The position numbers and the translations under genes were made by a program. A DNA stretch of 64,000 bases, from assembly GCA_963713975.1 (NCBI GenBank), contig OY970218.1, positions 576,001 to 640,000 of the forward strand, in the 5' to 3' direction. The notes beneath the pieces are model-generated. The model searched no databases. It was not told the DNA's origin and saw only the letters and a program-made list of their open reading frames with translations. Positions within the stretch are counted from its first letter, which is position 1. The number at the start of each line of letters is the position of its first letter. Below, piece by piece: positions 8,090 to 16,802 of the stretch. The stretch is from an uncultured Chloroflexia bacterium. GTDB taxonomy: Bacteria; Chloroflexota; Limnocylindria; Limnocylindrales; CSP1-4.

Positions 8090-9502
8090 TCAGTCGAGCG
8101 TCTTGGTCAGCGTGGCGAGGAACTGGGCGTTGCTCTCGGTCTTGGCGATCCGGTTGAGCAGCAGCTCGATCCCCTCGTTGGTCCCGACCGCCGACAGCAT
8201 CCGGCGCATCGTCCAGACCATCTTGAGCGTCCCCTCCTCGAGGAGGAGCTCCTCGCGACGGGTACCGGAGCGCTGGACGTCGATCGACGGGTAGATCCGC
8301 TTCTCGGCAAGCTTGCGGTCCAGGATGAGCTCGGAGTTGCCGGTGCCCTTGAACTCCTCGTAGATGACGTCGTCCATGCGGGACCCGGTGTCGACCAGAC
8401 ACGTCGCGATGATCGTGAGGCTGCCGTTCTTCTTGACAGTGCCGTCGGGGAGCACGTCATCCTCGATCTTGCGGGCGGCCCCGAAGAACCGCTTGGGCGG
8501 GTAGAGGGCGATCGGGTCGATGCCGCCCGACAGCGTCCGGCCGCTCGGCGGGAGCGCGAGGTTATACGCGCGCGCAAGGCGCGTGATCGAGTCGAGCAGG
8601 ACGACCACGTCACGGCCGGTCTCGACCTGGCGCTTGGCGATCTCGAGCGCCATCTCGGCCACGTGGGTGTGGTTTTCGGTGGGCTCGTCGAAGGTGGAGC
8701 TGATGACCTCGCCGTGGACGCTGCGGCGCATGTCCGTGACCTCCTCCGGCCGCTCGCCGATGAGGGCGACCATGAGCAGGATGTCCGGGTAGTTTGCGCT
8801 GATGCCGTTCGCGATGCTCTTGAGCAGCATCGTCTTGCCGGCCTTGGGCGGGCTCACGATAAGCGCGCGCTGGCCCTTGCCGAGCGGGTTGACCAGGTTG
8901 ACCAGGCGCTGGCTCAGGTTCTTGGGGTCCGACTCGAGGTTGATCAGCTCGATCGGATGGATCGGCGTCAGGTCCCCGAAGTGCGGGCGACGGCGGGCGG
9001 TGTCCGTGTCCACGCCATTGACGCTGTCAACGCGGATCAGGCCCCAGAACTTCTCGCCCTCGTGTGGCGCGCGGACGGCCCCGGTGACGCGGTCGCCGAC
9101 GCGGAGGCCGAAGCGCCGCACCTGGCTCGACGAGACATACACGTCGTCGTTGCTGGGCAGCAGGCCATGGCGGCGCATGAAGCCGTAGCCCTCGTCCACG
9201 ATGTCGAGGATGCCGAAGGCATAGTCCAGCCCCGCGCGCTCCGTCTGCGCCTGGAGGATCAGGTCGACGAGCTCGTCGCGGTGGTCCTCGGCGGTTGTGT
9301 CGACCTCGAAGCCCTTGACAACCTCGCGGAGCTCCTTGACCGACATCTCGCGCAGGTCGCGGATGTCGAGGTCATTGCGCTCGCGGGCGGCTTCTAGCTC
9401 AGCTACCTCGTCCTGCTCGGTGACGGGCAGGCGATTCGTGGACTGGGGGCGACGACGCGGCCGGCGGTTGCGGCTGGTGCGCTGGTCGGGGCCATTCGGC
9501 AT
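8090..9502 (-). CDS. rho: Transcription termination factor Rho
   Basis: GYGFMR, DVYVS.SQVRRFGLR, GKGQRALIVSPPKAGKT, LIGERPEEVTD, LDSITRLARAYN, EEFKGTGNSE, SGTRREELL. The start may be ATG 9502 or GTG 9514. Confidence 0.98.
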   Translation of the reverse strand: MPNGPDQRTSRNRRPRRRPQSTNRLPVTEQDEVAELEAARERNDLDIRDLREMSVKELREVVKGFEVDTTAEDHRDELVDLILQAQTERAGLDYAFGILDIVDEGYGFMRRHGLLPSNDDVYVSSSQVRRFGLRVGDRVTGAVRAPHEGEKFWGLIRVDSVNGVDTDTARRRPHFGDLTPIHPIELINLESDPKNLSQRLVNLVNPLGKGQRALIVSPPKAGKTMLLKSIANGISANYPDILLMVALIGERPEEVTDMRRSVHGEVISSTFDEPTENHTHVAEMALEIAKRQVETGRDVVVLLDSITRLARAYNLALPPSGRTLSGGIDPIALYPPKRFFGAARKIEDDVLPDGTVKKNGSLTIIATCLVDTGSRMDDVIYEEFKGTGNSELILDRKLAEKRIYPSIDVQRSGTRREELLLEEGTLKMVWTMRRMLSAVGTNEGIELLLNRIAKTESNAQFLATLTKTLD

Positions 9503-9631
9503 TGGTTTGGGCACACCTTCGGGGTGGGGTCCGGCACCGGATCGATCCGGCGGGGAATGATGGGTCGCGCCACGGGCCGTCTGTCGCGCGGAATCGGGGT
9601 GCCGAGGCGCGCGGCCGGTGGGGATGACCCG

Positions 9632-9682
9632 AGGATATCGGACTGCGGCGCCGGGCGTCAATGCTCATCGCGAGCTCATCGC
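9632..9682 (-). promoter_or_regulatory. rho promoter TTGACG-N18-TATCCT with an adjacent 9-bp direct repeat
   Basis: -35 at 9656-9661, -10 at 9632-9637. GCTCATCGC occurs at 9663-9671 and 9674-9682. Confidence 0.6.
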
Positions 9683-9699
9683 TCCGGCCGCGTCAAGCC

Positions 9700-10659
9700 T
9701 CAGGCGTCATCGTCGAGCGGACCGCCGTAGTCCACGAGCGGCGGGGGAACGTCCTCGTCCCGTGGAACGCCGCGCAGTGCGAGCACGCCCCCGACCGCGA
9801 TCGCAACCGCCCCTACGACCGCGCTCGAGACAAGGGCCTCCCCGAAGACGATCGTCCCCACCAGGAACGACCACACCAGGGTCAGGTATCCGAGTGGGGC
9901 GAGGTCACTCGCTCGTCCCCACCGGTAGGCAGCCACCAGGAGCCGGTGCCCCGTCAGTGCGCCCAGCCCGACGATGGCGATACCCACCCACTCGACCGGC
10001 GTCGGCGTGGAGTCCGTCGGGATCGAGACCTCGAGGATCGTCGCCGCGACGAGCCCGATGACCCCGGACCAGAACACGGTCACGTCGGTCGGATCGGTCC
10101 GGAGCGAACGTGTCAGCAGGCTGAAGATCGCGAGCGAGAATGCGCTCGTGAGGGGGACGAGCACGGCCGTGTCGAGATGCGACGGATCCACGCCCACGAG
10201 GACGACAACCCCACCGAACCCGAGCACGGCCCCGCCGATGGCGAACCGGGTCACCCGCTCCCCGAGGAACGGCCCAGCGAGCGCGATGACGATCAGCGGC
10301 GTGGTGGAGCCGAGCGCGCTGACCTCCGCGAGTGGCAGCAGCGACAGGGCGAGGAAGTAGGTCGCCGTGGCGGCGAACATGGCGAGCCCGCGGGCAAGCT
10401 GGGTCCACGGCCGCTTCGTCGCCATGAGGCGTCGCGGTTGCCGCCTGCCGGCAAACAGCAGCAGGGCCAGTAGGTAGCTGATGTGCCGGCCGAACACGAC
10501 ATGAACGACCGGGATGTCCGCCACGAGCGTCTTCGTCAGTGAATCTGTCGCAACGAAGACGAGCCCTGCCGATATGAAGATGAGCGCCCCATGGCGGGCC
10601 GGGGAGAGCCGGTCCAGGAATGGCTGCCACGGCAGAGCCAGGACCTGGCGGTCGGGCAT
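9700..10659 (-). CDS. DMT/EamA family transporter
   Basis: About 10 TM helices, LPLAEV...TTPL..ALAGPFLGE, ASDLAPLGY. TGATG coupling to the upstream gene. Confidence 0.9.
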   Translation of the reverse strand: MPDRQVLALPWQPFLDRLSPARHGALIFISAGLVFVATDSLTKTLVADIPVVHVVFGRHISYLLALLLFAGRRQPRRLMATKRPWTQLARGLAMFAATATYFLALSLLPLAEVSALGSTTPLIVIALAGPFLGERVTRFAIGGAVLGFGGVVVLVGVDPSHLDTAVLVPLTSAFSLAIFSLLTRSLRTDPTDVTVFWSGVIGLVAATILEVSIPTDSTPTPVEWVGIAIVGLGALTGHRLLVAAYRWGRASDLAPLGYLTLVWSFLVGTIVFGEALVSSAVVGAVAIAVGGVLALRGVPRDEDVPPPLVDYGGPLDDDA

Positions 10660-11990
10660 CAGGTCGGGAGGATGTCGGTGAGGTGCCCGGTGGCGTCGAA
10701 CCCGATCGGTGCGACGGCACCTGCGATCTCGCACGAGCCCGTCGCCACCAGCTCGGGGAGCAGCGGCTCCGACGCATAGAACCACTCGAGATGCTTCGTA
10801 TCCATGAGGCGCACGATCCGCGCAGTGTCGGCACGCACCTTGAGGCAACACGCGATCGCCACGTCAAGCGCCTGGCGGTCTGTGTCGACGGTCAGGGCGA
10901 CCCTGGCGCCCTCGGGCGTCTTGGCCGTGACGCAGTTCATGTACGTCTTGGCGACATCCATGCGGTCCACGGCACGCCGGAGCACGACGTCCGCCATGCC
11001 GATCCCGACAGCGTTGCCCTCCGTCGCGTCGGTAAGGTCACGGACGATGATCCGCTGGAGCAACGGCGGCCTGCCAGTGGGCCCGGAGTAGTACCGGCCG
11101 ACGACGTTGGAATCCATGCCCAGCCCGCTGATGTCCTTCCCGATCAAGTCGAGGATGAGGACGTCCGCTGCACTAACAGGCAGGCGGGCGAGCGAGGCGT
11201 CAGCTTCGCGCAGCAGCTCCTGCTCACGGTCCACCATCGCCTCTGCTCGAACAGCCTCGATCCGCCGGAGGCGCGCATGGCCGTTCTCGACGAGGGCCAC
11301 GCCGAAGGGGATGGGGACGCGACTCAAGGTGAAGGTCGCGACAGCGGGGATGAGCCGATGGAAGGTCGCGAACCCCTCGCCGTGGAAGGTGTCGGCGCCG
11401 CGCTGCTTGCCGAGGCCAATCGCGATCATCTTGAGCAGCCCGCTCTCCACCGGGCCGGTGAAGTCCGTATGCGGCTTGACGCGGTTGATGGGAATGATGA
11501 TGTCGGCGCCCTCGAGGGCCGCGCGATCGACGAACACCGGCACCCGATCCTCGACCGAGCCGATCTCGACCGTATCCATGCTCGAGCGGATCTCGCAGCC
11601 GACCGTGTCCTCGGTGATCCCCAGTGACGCGAGCACGGCGAGCTGTCCTTCCGCCGTCGCCGCACCGTGGCTCCCCATCGCCGGAACGACGAAGACCTCC
11701 AGGTCTCGGGCCCGGAGCGTCGATACGGTTGCCCGCACGACGTCGGCGATCCGGTCGATCCCGCGACTGCCGATCGCCAGACACACCCGGCCGGAACGGG
11801 GCAGAAGCTCCGCCACCGAATCGACGGCCAGCCCGACCGCCCGGTCAACATCCTCGACCGCGGTGGAGTCGATGCGGTGGTGGACGAGCGCCCAGGAAGG
11901 CAGACGATGGTGGTGGAATACGGCGAGCGGATCGGCGCGGTCGATCACCCCGGGCGGGGGCGACGGCGCATCGTCGCGGGCGACATCCAT
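10659..11990 (-). CDS. LarA-family (lactate racemase domain, DUF362/DUF2088-like) putative 2-hydroxy-acid/sugar-acid epimerase
   Basis: GSRGI, VPAMGSHG.ATAEGQ, INRVKPHTDF.G.VESGL.KMIAIGLGKQ.GA, GKDISG.GMD.NVVGR. Confidence 0.8.
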   Translation of the reverse strand: MDVARDDAPSPPPGVIDRADPLAVFHHHRLPSWALVHHRIDSTAVEDVDRAVGLAVDSVAELLPRSGRVCLAIGSRGIDRIADVVRATVSTLRARDLEVFVVPAMGSHGAATAEGQLAVLASLGITEDTVGCEIRSSMDTVEIGSVEDRVPVFVDRAALEGADIIIPINRVKPHTDFTGPVESGLLKMIAIGLGKQRGADTFHGEGFATFHRLIPAVATFTLSRVPIPFGVALVENGHARLRRIEAVRAEAMVDREQELLREADASLARLPVSAADVLILDLIGKDISGLGMDSNVVGRYYSGPTGRPPLLQRIIVRDLTDATEGNAVGIGMADVVLRRAVDRMDVAKTYMNCVTAKTPEGARVALTVDTDRQALDVAIACCLKVRADTARIVRLMDTKHLEWFYASEPLLPELVATGSCEIAGAVAPIGFDATGHLTDILPT

Positions 11991-12001
11991 GATCGTCGCC
12001 C

Positions 12002-12778
12002 CTAGATGGTCATCGCGCTGAAGCCGCCATCCACGCGGACGATCGACCCGGTCACGTAGCCGGAGGCGGCCTCCGATGCCAGCCAGACGGCGGTTCCCAC
12101 CAACTCGTGCGGCTCGCCCAGGCGCCCGGCCGGTGTGTGCGACATGATCGCGCGCAACCGGTCCTCGGACAGCAGGGCGCGGTTCTGCTCAGCGGGAAAG
12201 AACCCGGGAGCGATCGCATTGACGCGGATCTGATGCGGCGCGAGCTCGCGAGCGAGGTACTGGGTCAGGTTGTTCAAGCCCGCCTTCGCGACCGAGTACG
12301 TGAGAACGCGGGACAAGGGCGGCCCGGACGAGGCGGACGATATGTTGATGATCGAGCCACCGTGGCCGTTGGTGATCATGGCCCGGGCGAAGACCTGGCA
12401 TGCGACCAGCACGGCCGTGAGGTTCACGTCCAGCAGCCGATGCCACTCGTCCAGCCCGATCTCCAGGAATGGGGTTGCACTGTTCACGCCCGGGGCGTTC
12501 ACGAGCACGTCGACAGGACCGAGCGTCCCCTCGACCTCCCGGCACGCTGCCTCCACCTGGATGGGATCCGTCGCATCCACCCGGACGGCCATGGCGCGGG
12601 CGCCTTGCGCAAGGAGTGCCTCGACTCGGGCCGCACCCCGCTCCTCGGATCGGCCGAGCACTGCGACGGCCGCCCCCGCGTCGGCGAGACCGTGCGCGAT
12701 GGCCCCACCGAGGACGCCCGTCCCGCCGATCACCGCGGCAACCCGCCCAGTGAGATCGAACACGCCCGTTGTGGTCAT
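12002..12778 (-). CDS. SDR oxidoreductase, D-mannonate oxidoreductase/fructuronate reductase (UxuB)-like
   Basis: GGTGVLG, IINISS....PLSRV..YSVAKA, VNAIAPGFF.AEQNR.LL, HTP.GR.G.P.ELVG pattern typical of that SDR subgroup. Confidence 0.8.
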   Translation of the reverse strand: MTTTGVFDLTGRVAAVIGGTGVLGGAIAHGLADAGAAVAVLGRSEERGAARVEALLAQGARAMAVRVDATDPIQVEAACREVEGTLGPVDVLVNAPGVNSATPFLEIGLDEWHRLLDVNLTAVLVACQVFARAMITNGHGGSIINISSASSGPPLSRVLTYSVAKAGLNNLTQYLARELAPHQIRVNAIAPGFFPAEQNRALLSEDRLRAIMSHTPAGRLGEPHELVGTAVWLASEAASGYVTGSIVRVDGGFSAMTI

Positions 12779-12864
12779 CGGCTTCCATCTCTCCCGTCAC
12801 TGACCGTGGTCGGAGGTCGGCCAGGTTCCCCGTCGGTTGCGTCTACCACCCGCCGGTGCGATGT

Positions 12865-12903
12865 TTGCACACGCGGTGTCCGAGGGTCTACTGTAGGACA
12901 ATC
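12865..12903 (+). promoter_or_regulatory. Promoter TTGCAC-N18-TACTGT overlapped by a putative GntR operator
   Basis: TGTCCGAGGGTCTACTGTAGGACAATC at 12877-12903 is 24/27 identical to the site at 18995-19021. Confidence 0.75.
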
Positions 12904-12939
12904 AACCGCGGAACGCGAGCGAATCGAGGGACAGTGGCC

Positions 12940-13407
12940 GTGACCCAGTACGTCTTCGATCCCCGTGAGGCCATCCGATACCGGTATCCGACGCACACCA
13001 ACGACCTGATCATGGATCGTGCCCAGGGGTCCGCGGCCGAAGCGTTCTTCGTGATCCTCGAACCCGGTGAGGCGCCCCCGATCCACGTCCACCAGGACGC
13101 CGAGCAGGTGTTCTTCATCCTCGAGGGCGAGGGCGAGTTGGGGGTCGGGCCGGGAGCCACCGACAAGCATCCCCTGAAGGTCGGCGACTTCGTGCGGACG
13201 CCCCCCGGTGTCCCCCACTCCGTCCGATGCACGGGCCCGAGCCGCTTCGTGTACCTGAGCATCGACTGCTTCGTCGCCGGGCCCGATCCGGCCGAGCCGA
13301 CCTGGGACTCCCACGTCCACCAGATGTGCAAGGACAACGGCTGGGATTTCGATGCCGTGAAGCTGGGCGCCGTCCCCGACGGCTCGGAAGCCCTGAACAA
13401 GCGCTGA
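12940..13407 (+). CDS. Cupin-domain protein
   Basis: PGE.PP.HVH...EQVFFILEGEG...GD....PPGVPH metal-binding cupin motif. GTG start after GAGGG. Confidence 0.85.
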   Translation: MTQYVFDPREAIRYRYPTHTNDLIMDRAQGSAAEAFFVILEPGEAPPIHVHQDAEQVFFILEGEGELGVGPGATDKHPLKVGDFVRTPPGVPHSVRCTGPSRFVYLSIDCFVAGPDPAEPTWDSHVHQMCKDNGWDFDAVKLGAVPDGSEALNKR

Positions 13408-13435
13408 GTCGCGTCCCGGGACCATTGGAGGAGTC

Positions 13436-13759
13436 ATGATCAGGCACTTCGCCGACCTCACGGTCGCACCGGAGCCCTACGCTGACTACCGGCCCGTGTT
13501 CGAGACGAGCCGGCTCAATGTCACGCAGGTCCGGATCCACCCGGGCGCAACCGTGCCGAGGCACACCCATCTCGACGAGGACCAGGTCTACTACGTGGCC
13601 ACGGGGACGGGCTTCGTGCTCCTGGACGGCGAGCGGACGGACGTGACGACGGGCAGCAGCGTCCTCATCCCGATGGGCACCGAGCACGAGATCACGAACA
13701 CGGGAACCGAGCCCCTGGACTACGTGTTCTTCGTGGTGTTCATTCCGGAACGGGCATGA
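13436..13759 (+). CDS. Cupin-domain protein
   Basis: HTH..EDQVYYV..G.G...IPMGTEHEI.NTG motif. GGAGGAG Shine-Dalgarno. Confidence 0.88.
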   Translation: MIRHFADLTVAPEPYADYRPVFETSRLNVTQVRIHPGATVPRHTHLDEDQVYYVATGTGFVLLDGERTDVTTGSSVLIPMGTEHEITNTGTEPLDYVFFVVFIPERA

Positions 13760-14523
13760 CCGAATTCCTGCGCGACCGCCTTCGGACGGTTGTCCTCGCG
13801 AACCGCGAAGCACTCGGCGCGGAGTCCGCGCGGTATGCGGCCGGTCGCCTGAAAGCCCTCTTGGAACACCAGGCTCGCGTGCGGGTCATCTTCGCCGCCG
13901 CGGCATCCCAGGCCGAGATGCTCGCCGTGCTCGCGAAGGAGCCGGGGATCGACTGGACACGCGTGGACGCCTTCCATCTCGACGAGTACGTCGGACTCCC
14001 GATAGGGCATGAGCGGGCATTCGGCACCTGGCTGCACGAGCACATCTGGTCCCTGGTGCACCCGGGCCGAGTGGAGCGACTCGACGGCGGCAACCCCGCC
14101 GGTGGCGACGCGGAGGCGCTGCGCTACGGCGATCTCCTGGCGGACGGCGGGATCGATCTCGCGCTCCTCGGGATCGGCGAGAATGGCCACGTCGCCTTCA
14201 ACGATCCGCACGTCGCAGACTTCGACGACCCGCTGTGGGTCAAGCCCGTCGAGATCGACGACACGAGTCGGCACCAGCAGGTGCGCGACGGGGCGTTCGA
14301 CCGGTTCGAGGACGTCCCGCGGGTCGCCCTCACCGTGACCATGTCGACCATCCGCGGGTGTCGCGTTGTCGCGCTCGTCGTGCCCGGGCCGCAGAAGGCC
14401 ATCGCGGTCGCCGCCGCGCTGGACGGCCCGATCTCCGCCGCCTGTCCCGCGTCCATCCTGCGCGGCCACCCGGACGCCGTGCTGTTCGTGGACGAGTCCG
14501 CTGCCTCGCTTGTCAAGTCCTGA
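13756..14523 (+). CDS. NagB-family (glucosamine-6-phosphate deaminase-like) isomerase/deaminase
   Basis: FHLDEYVGL, LGIGENGHVAFNDP, RHQQV.DG.F, VP..ALTVT, CPASILRGH. Confidence 0.88.
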   Translation: MTEFLRDRLRTVVLANREALGAESARYAAGRLKALLEHQARVRVIFAAAASQAEMLAVLAKEPGIDWTRVDAFHLDEYVGLPIGHERAFGTWLHEHIWSLVHPGRVERLDGGNPAGGDAEALRYGDLLADGGIDLALLGIGENGHVAFNDPHVADFDDPLWVKPVEIDDTSRHQQVRDGAFDRFEDVPRVALTVTMSTIRGCRVVALVVPGPQKAIAVAAALDGPISAACPASILRGHPDAVLFVDESAASLVKS

Positions 14524-14568
14524 CGGCGGCTGACGTCCCGCCCGCCGCACGTGCCGAAGGAGCACTCG

Positions 14569-15759
14569 ATGACAACACTCGCCATCAACGGGGGAACCCC
14601 GGTCCGAACCAGGCCCTTCGCGGCTTGGCCCGTCTTCGGGCGCGAGGAGGAGGAAGCGCTGCTGCGCGCTCTCCGATCCGGGGTGTGGGGCTCGATCGAC
14701 GGCACCTTCGTCAAGGAGCTCGAGATCGAGTTCGCAAAGGTCCAGGGTGCACGCCACGGCATCGCGTGCGTCAATGGCACGATGGCGCTGTCGGTTGCGC
14801 TCAAGGCGCTGGGCGTCGGTCCTGGTGACGAGGTCATCGTCCCGCCGTACACGTTCATCGCCACGGCCAGCGCGGCGCTCATGATCGGTGCCGTTCCGGT
14901 GTTCGTGGACGTCGGTCTGGACACACTTCTCATCGACCCGACCCAGATCGATGCTGCCGTGACTGCGCGGACGAAGGCCATCATCCCGGTCCACCACGGC
15001 GGATCGCCGGCCGACATGGACGGGGTCATGGCCGCGGCGCGCCGGCACGGCCTCAAGGTCGTCGAAGACGCCGCCCAGGCGCATGGTGCCGCGTGGCGCG
15101 GAACGCCGGTGGGCGCGATCGGTGACGTCGGGACCTTCAGCTTCCAGTCGTCCAAGCCAGTCAATGCGGGCGAAGGCGGCATGATGGTCACCAACGACGA
15201 CGAGGCCGACGAGCTCCTGTGGTCCTATCGCAACGTCGGTCGTCGTCGTGGCGGCGAGTGGTATGAGCACGTCCGGCTCGGCTGGAACCTGCGCCTGTCC
15301 GAATTCCAGGCAGCGGTCATCCTGGAACAGTTGAAGCGGATGCCCGCCCAGCAGGCACACCGCAGCGAAGCTGCCGCGTACCTCTCGAGTCGGCTGCGCG
15401 AGATCCCGGGAGCGGTCCCGCTCAACGTGCCCGAGGGCGTCACCGCGCACAGTTGGTACACGTATCACTGGCGCTGGCTCGGCGCCGAGCAGGGTGGGCT
15501 GCCGAAGAAGGCCTTCGCCGAGGCGCTGCGCGCAGAGGGCGTGCCGGTGTTTGCGGGCTATGTGCCACTCAACCGGAACCAGGCCGTGATCGACGAGATC
15601 GCGCGCCTGGGCGGTCAGGCCCCAGCCGCATGTCCGAACGCGGAACGTGCCGAGGCTGACGAGATCATGATGTTCTCGCTGTCCATCCTGATGGGCACCC
15701 ACGAAGACATCGACGACGTCGTCGAGGCGATCGCCAAAGTGGCTGCGGCCCGGGCATGA
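14569..15759 (+). CDS. DegT/DnrJ/EryC1/StrS PLP aminotransferase (RifK/StsC-like)
   Basis: NGT.AL..AL.ALGVGPGDEVIVP.YTF.ATA, EDAAQAHGA, FSFQSSK..NAGEGG, GWNLRLSEFQAA. AAGGAG Shine-Dalgarno. Confidence 0.93.
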   Translation: MTTLAINGGTPVRTRPFAAWPVFGREEEEALLRALRSGVWGSIDGTFVKELEIEFAKVQGARHGIACVNGTMALSVALKALGVGPGDEVIVPPYTFIATASAALMIGAVPVFVDVGLDTLLIDPTQIDAAVTARTKAIIPVHHGGSPADMDGVMAAARRHGLKVVEDAAQAHGAAWRGTPVGAIGDVGTFSFQSSKPVNAGEGGMMVTNDDEADELLWSYRNVGRRRGGEWYEHVRLGWNLRLSEFQAAVILEQLKRMPAQQAHRSEAAAYLSSRLREIPGAVPLNVPEGVTAHSWYTYHWRWLGAEQGGLPKKAFAEALRAEGVPVFAGYVPLNRNQAVIDEIARLGGQAPAACPNAERAEADEIMMFSLSILMGTHEDIDDVVEAIAKVAAARA

Positions 15760-16802
15760 CCACCACGCCGTCGATCCGGATCGGGCTCGTCGGCTGCGGT
15801 GCGATCTCGACCCAGCACCTCGAGGCGATCGCTGCGGTCGACGGCCTGGCGCTCGCGGCTGTCACGAGCGCTTCCGTCGACCGGGCACGCGCGGTGGGCG
15901 AGCGGTGGGGGGTGCCCTGGTCGATGTCGCTCCACGATCTCCTCGCTCGCGACGACGTCGACGCGGTGACGATCTGCACGCCATCCGGGCTCCACCCGGA
16001 GCAGGCGCTCGCCGCGCTGCGATCGGGTCGTCATGCGATCGTCGAGAAGCCGATTGCCCTCTCCGTGGAGGAGGCCGAGGCCGTGGTCCGGGAGGGTCAC
16101 GACCGGGGACTCGCGGTGGCCACGATCTCTCAACGTCGATTCGAGCCTGCTGTCCGGGCCCTGGAGGCAGCGGTCGCGGCCGGCGCCCTCGGGCGGATCT
16201 CGCTGATCATCGCGGAGGGGCTGTACCACCGACCACAGGCGTACTACGACAGCGCGGCCTGGCGGGGTACGCGCGAACTCGATGGGGGCGTCCTGATGAA
16301 CCAGGCAATCCACATGATCGATCTCGTGCGCTGGATCGGCGGGCCGGTCTCATCCGTCTCGGGGCATGTCGCCACGCTGGGCCACCGGATGGACGCCGAG
16401 GACACGGCATCGATCTCCCTGCGGTTCGCCAGCGGAGCGCTGGGAGAGATCGTGGCCACGACCTGCGCCACGCCGGAGTTCCCGACCGAGCTCAGGGTCT
16501 ACGGCGACCGGGGCCACGTCCGCATCGCCGGCGAGCGTGCCGTGGAGTGGGACGTGCCTGGTGTCGAGGCGCCACGCGATGATGACACTCCGGCACCTGC
16601 CGGAACCGCAGGCACACAGACGTGGGGCACGAACGCTGTGGGCTACCTGCGCCAGTACGGCGACTTCGTCGAGGCCGTCCGTGCCGGTCGCGCCCCCGTC
16701 GTCACCGGCGAGGACGGGCGCAATGCCGTGGCGATCGTTGCCGCCGCCTATGAGGCGGATCGCAATGGACGAGCAATCGCGCTCGGAGGAGGCCTGCGAT
16801 GA
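15756..16802 (+). CDS. Gfo/Idh/MocA oxidoreductase (WlbA-like 3-hydroxy sugar dehydrogenase)
   Basis: GLVGCGAI, ICTPSGLH, VEKP, YYDSAAWRGT..LDGGVLMNQAIH.IDL. Confidence 0.9.
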   Translation: MTTTPSIRIGLVGCGAISTQHLEAIAAVDGLALAAVTSASVDRARAVGERWGVPWSMSLHDLLARDDVDAVTICTPSGLHPEQALAALRSGRHAIVEKPIALSVEEAEAVVREGHDRGLAVATISQRRFEPAVRALEAAVAAGALGRISLIIAEGLYHRPQAYYDSAAWRGTRELDGGVLMNQAIHMIDLVRWIGGPVSSVSGHVATLGHRMDAEDTASISLRFASGALGEIVATTCATPEFPTELRVYGDRGHVRIAGERAVEWDVPGVEAPRDDDTPAPAGTAGTQTWGTNAVGYLRQYGDFVEAVRAGRAPVVTGEDGRNAVAIVAAAYEADRNGRAIALGGGLR

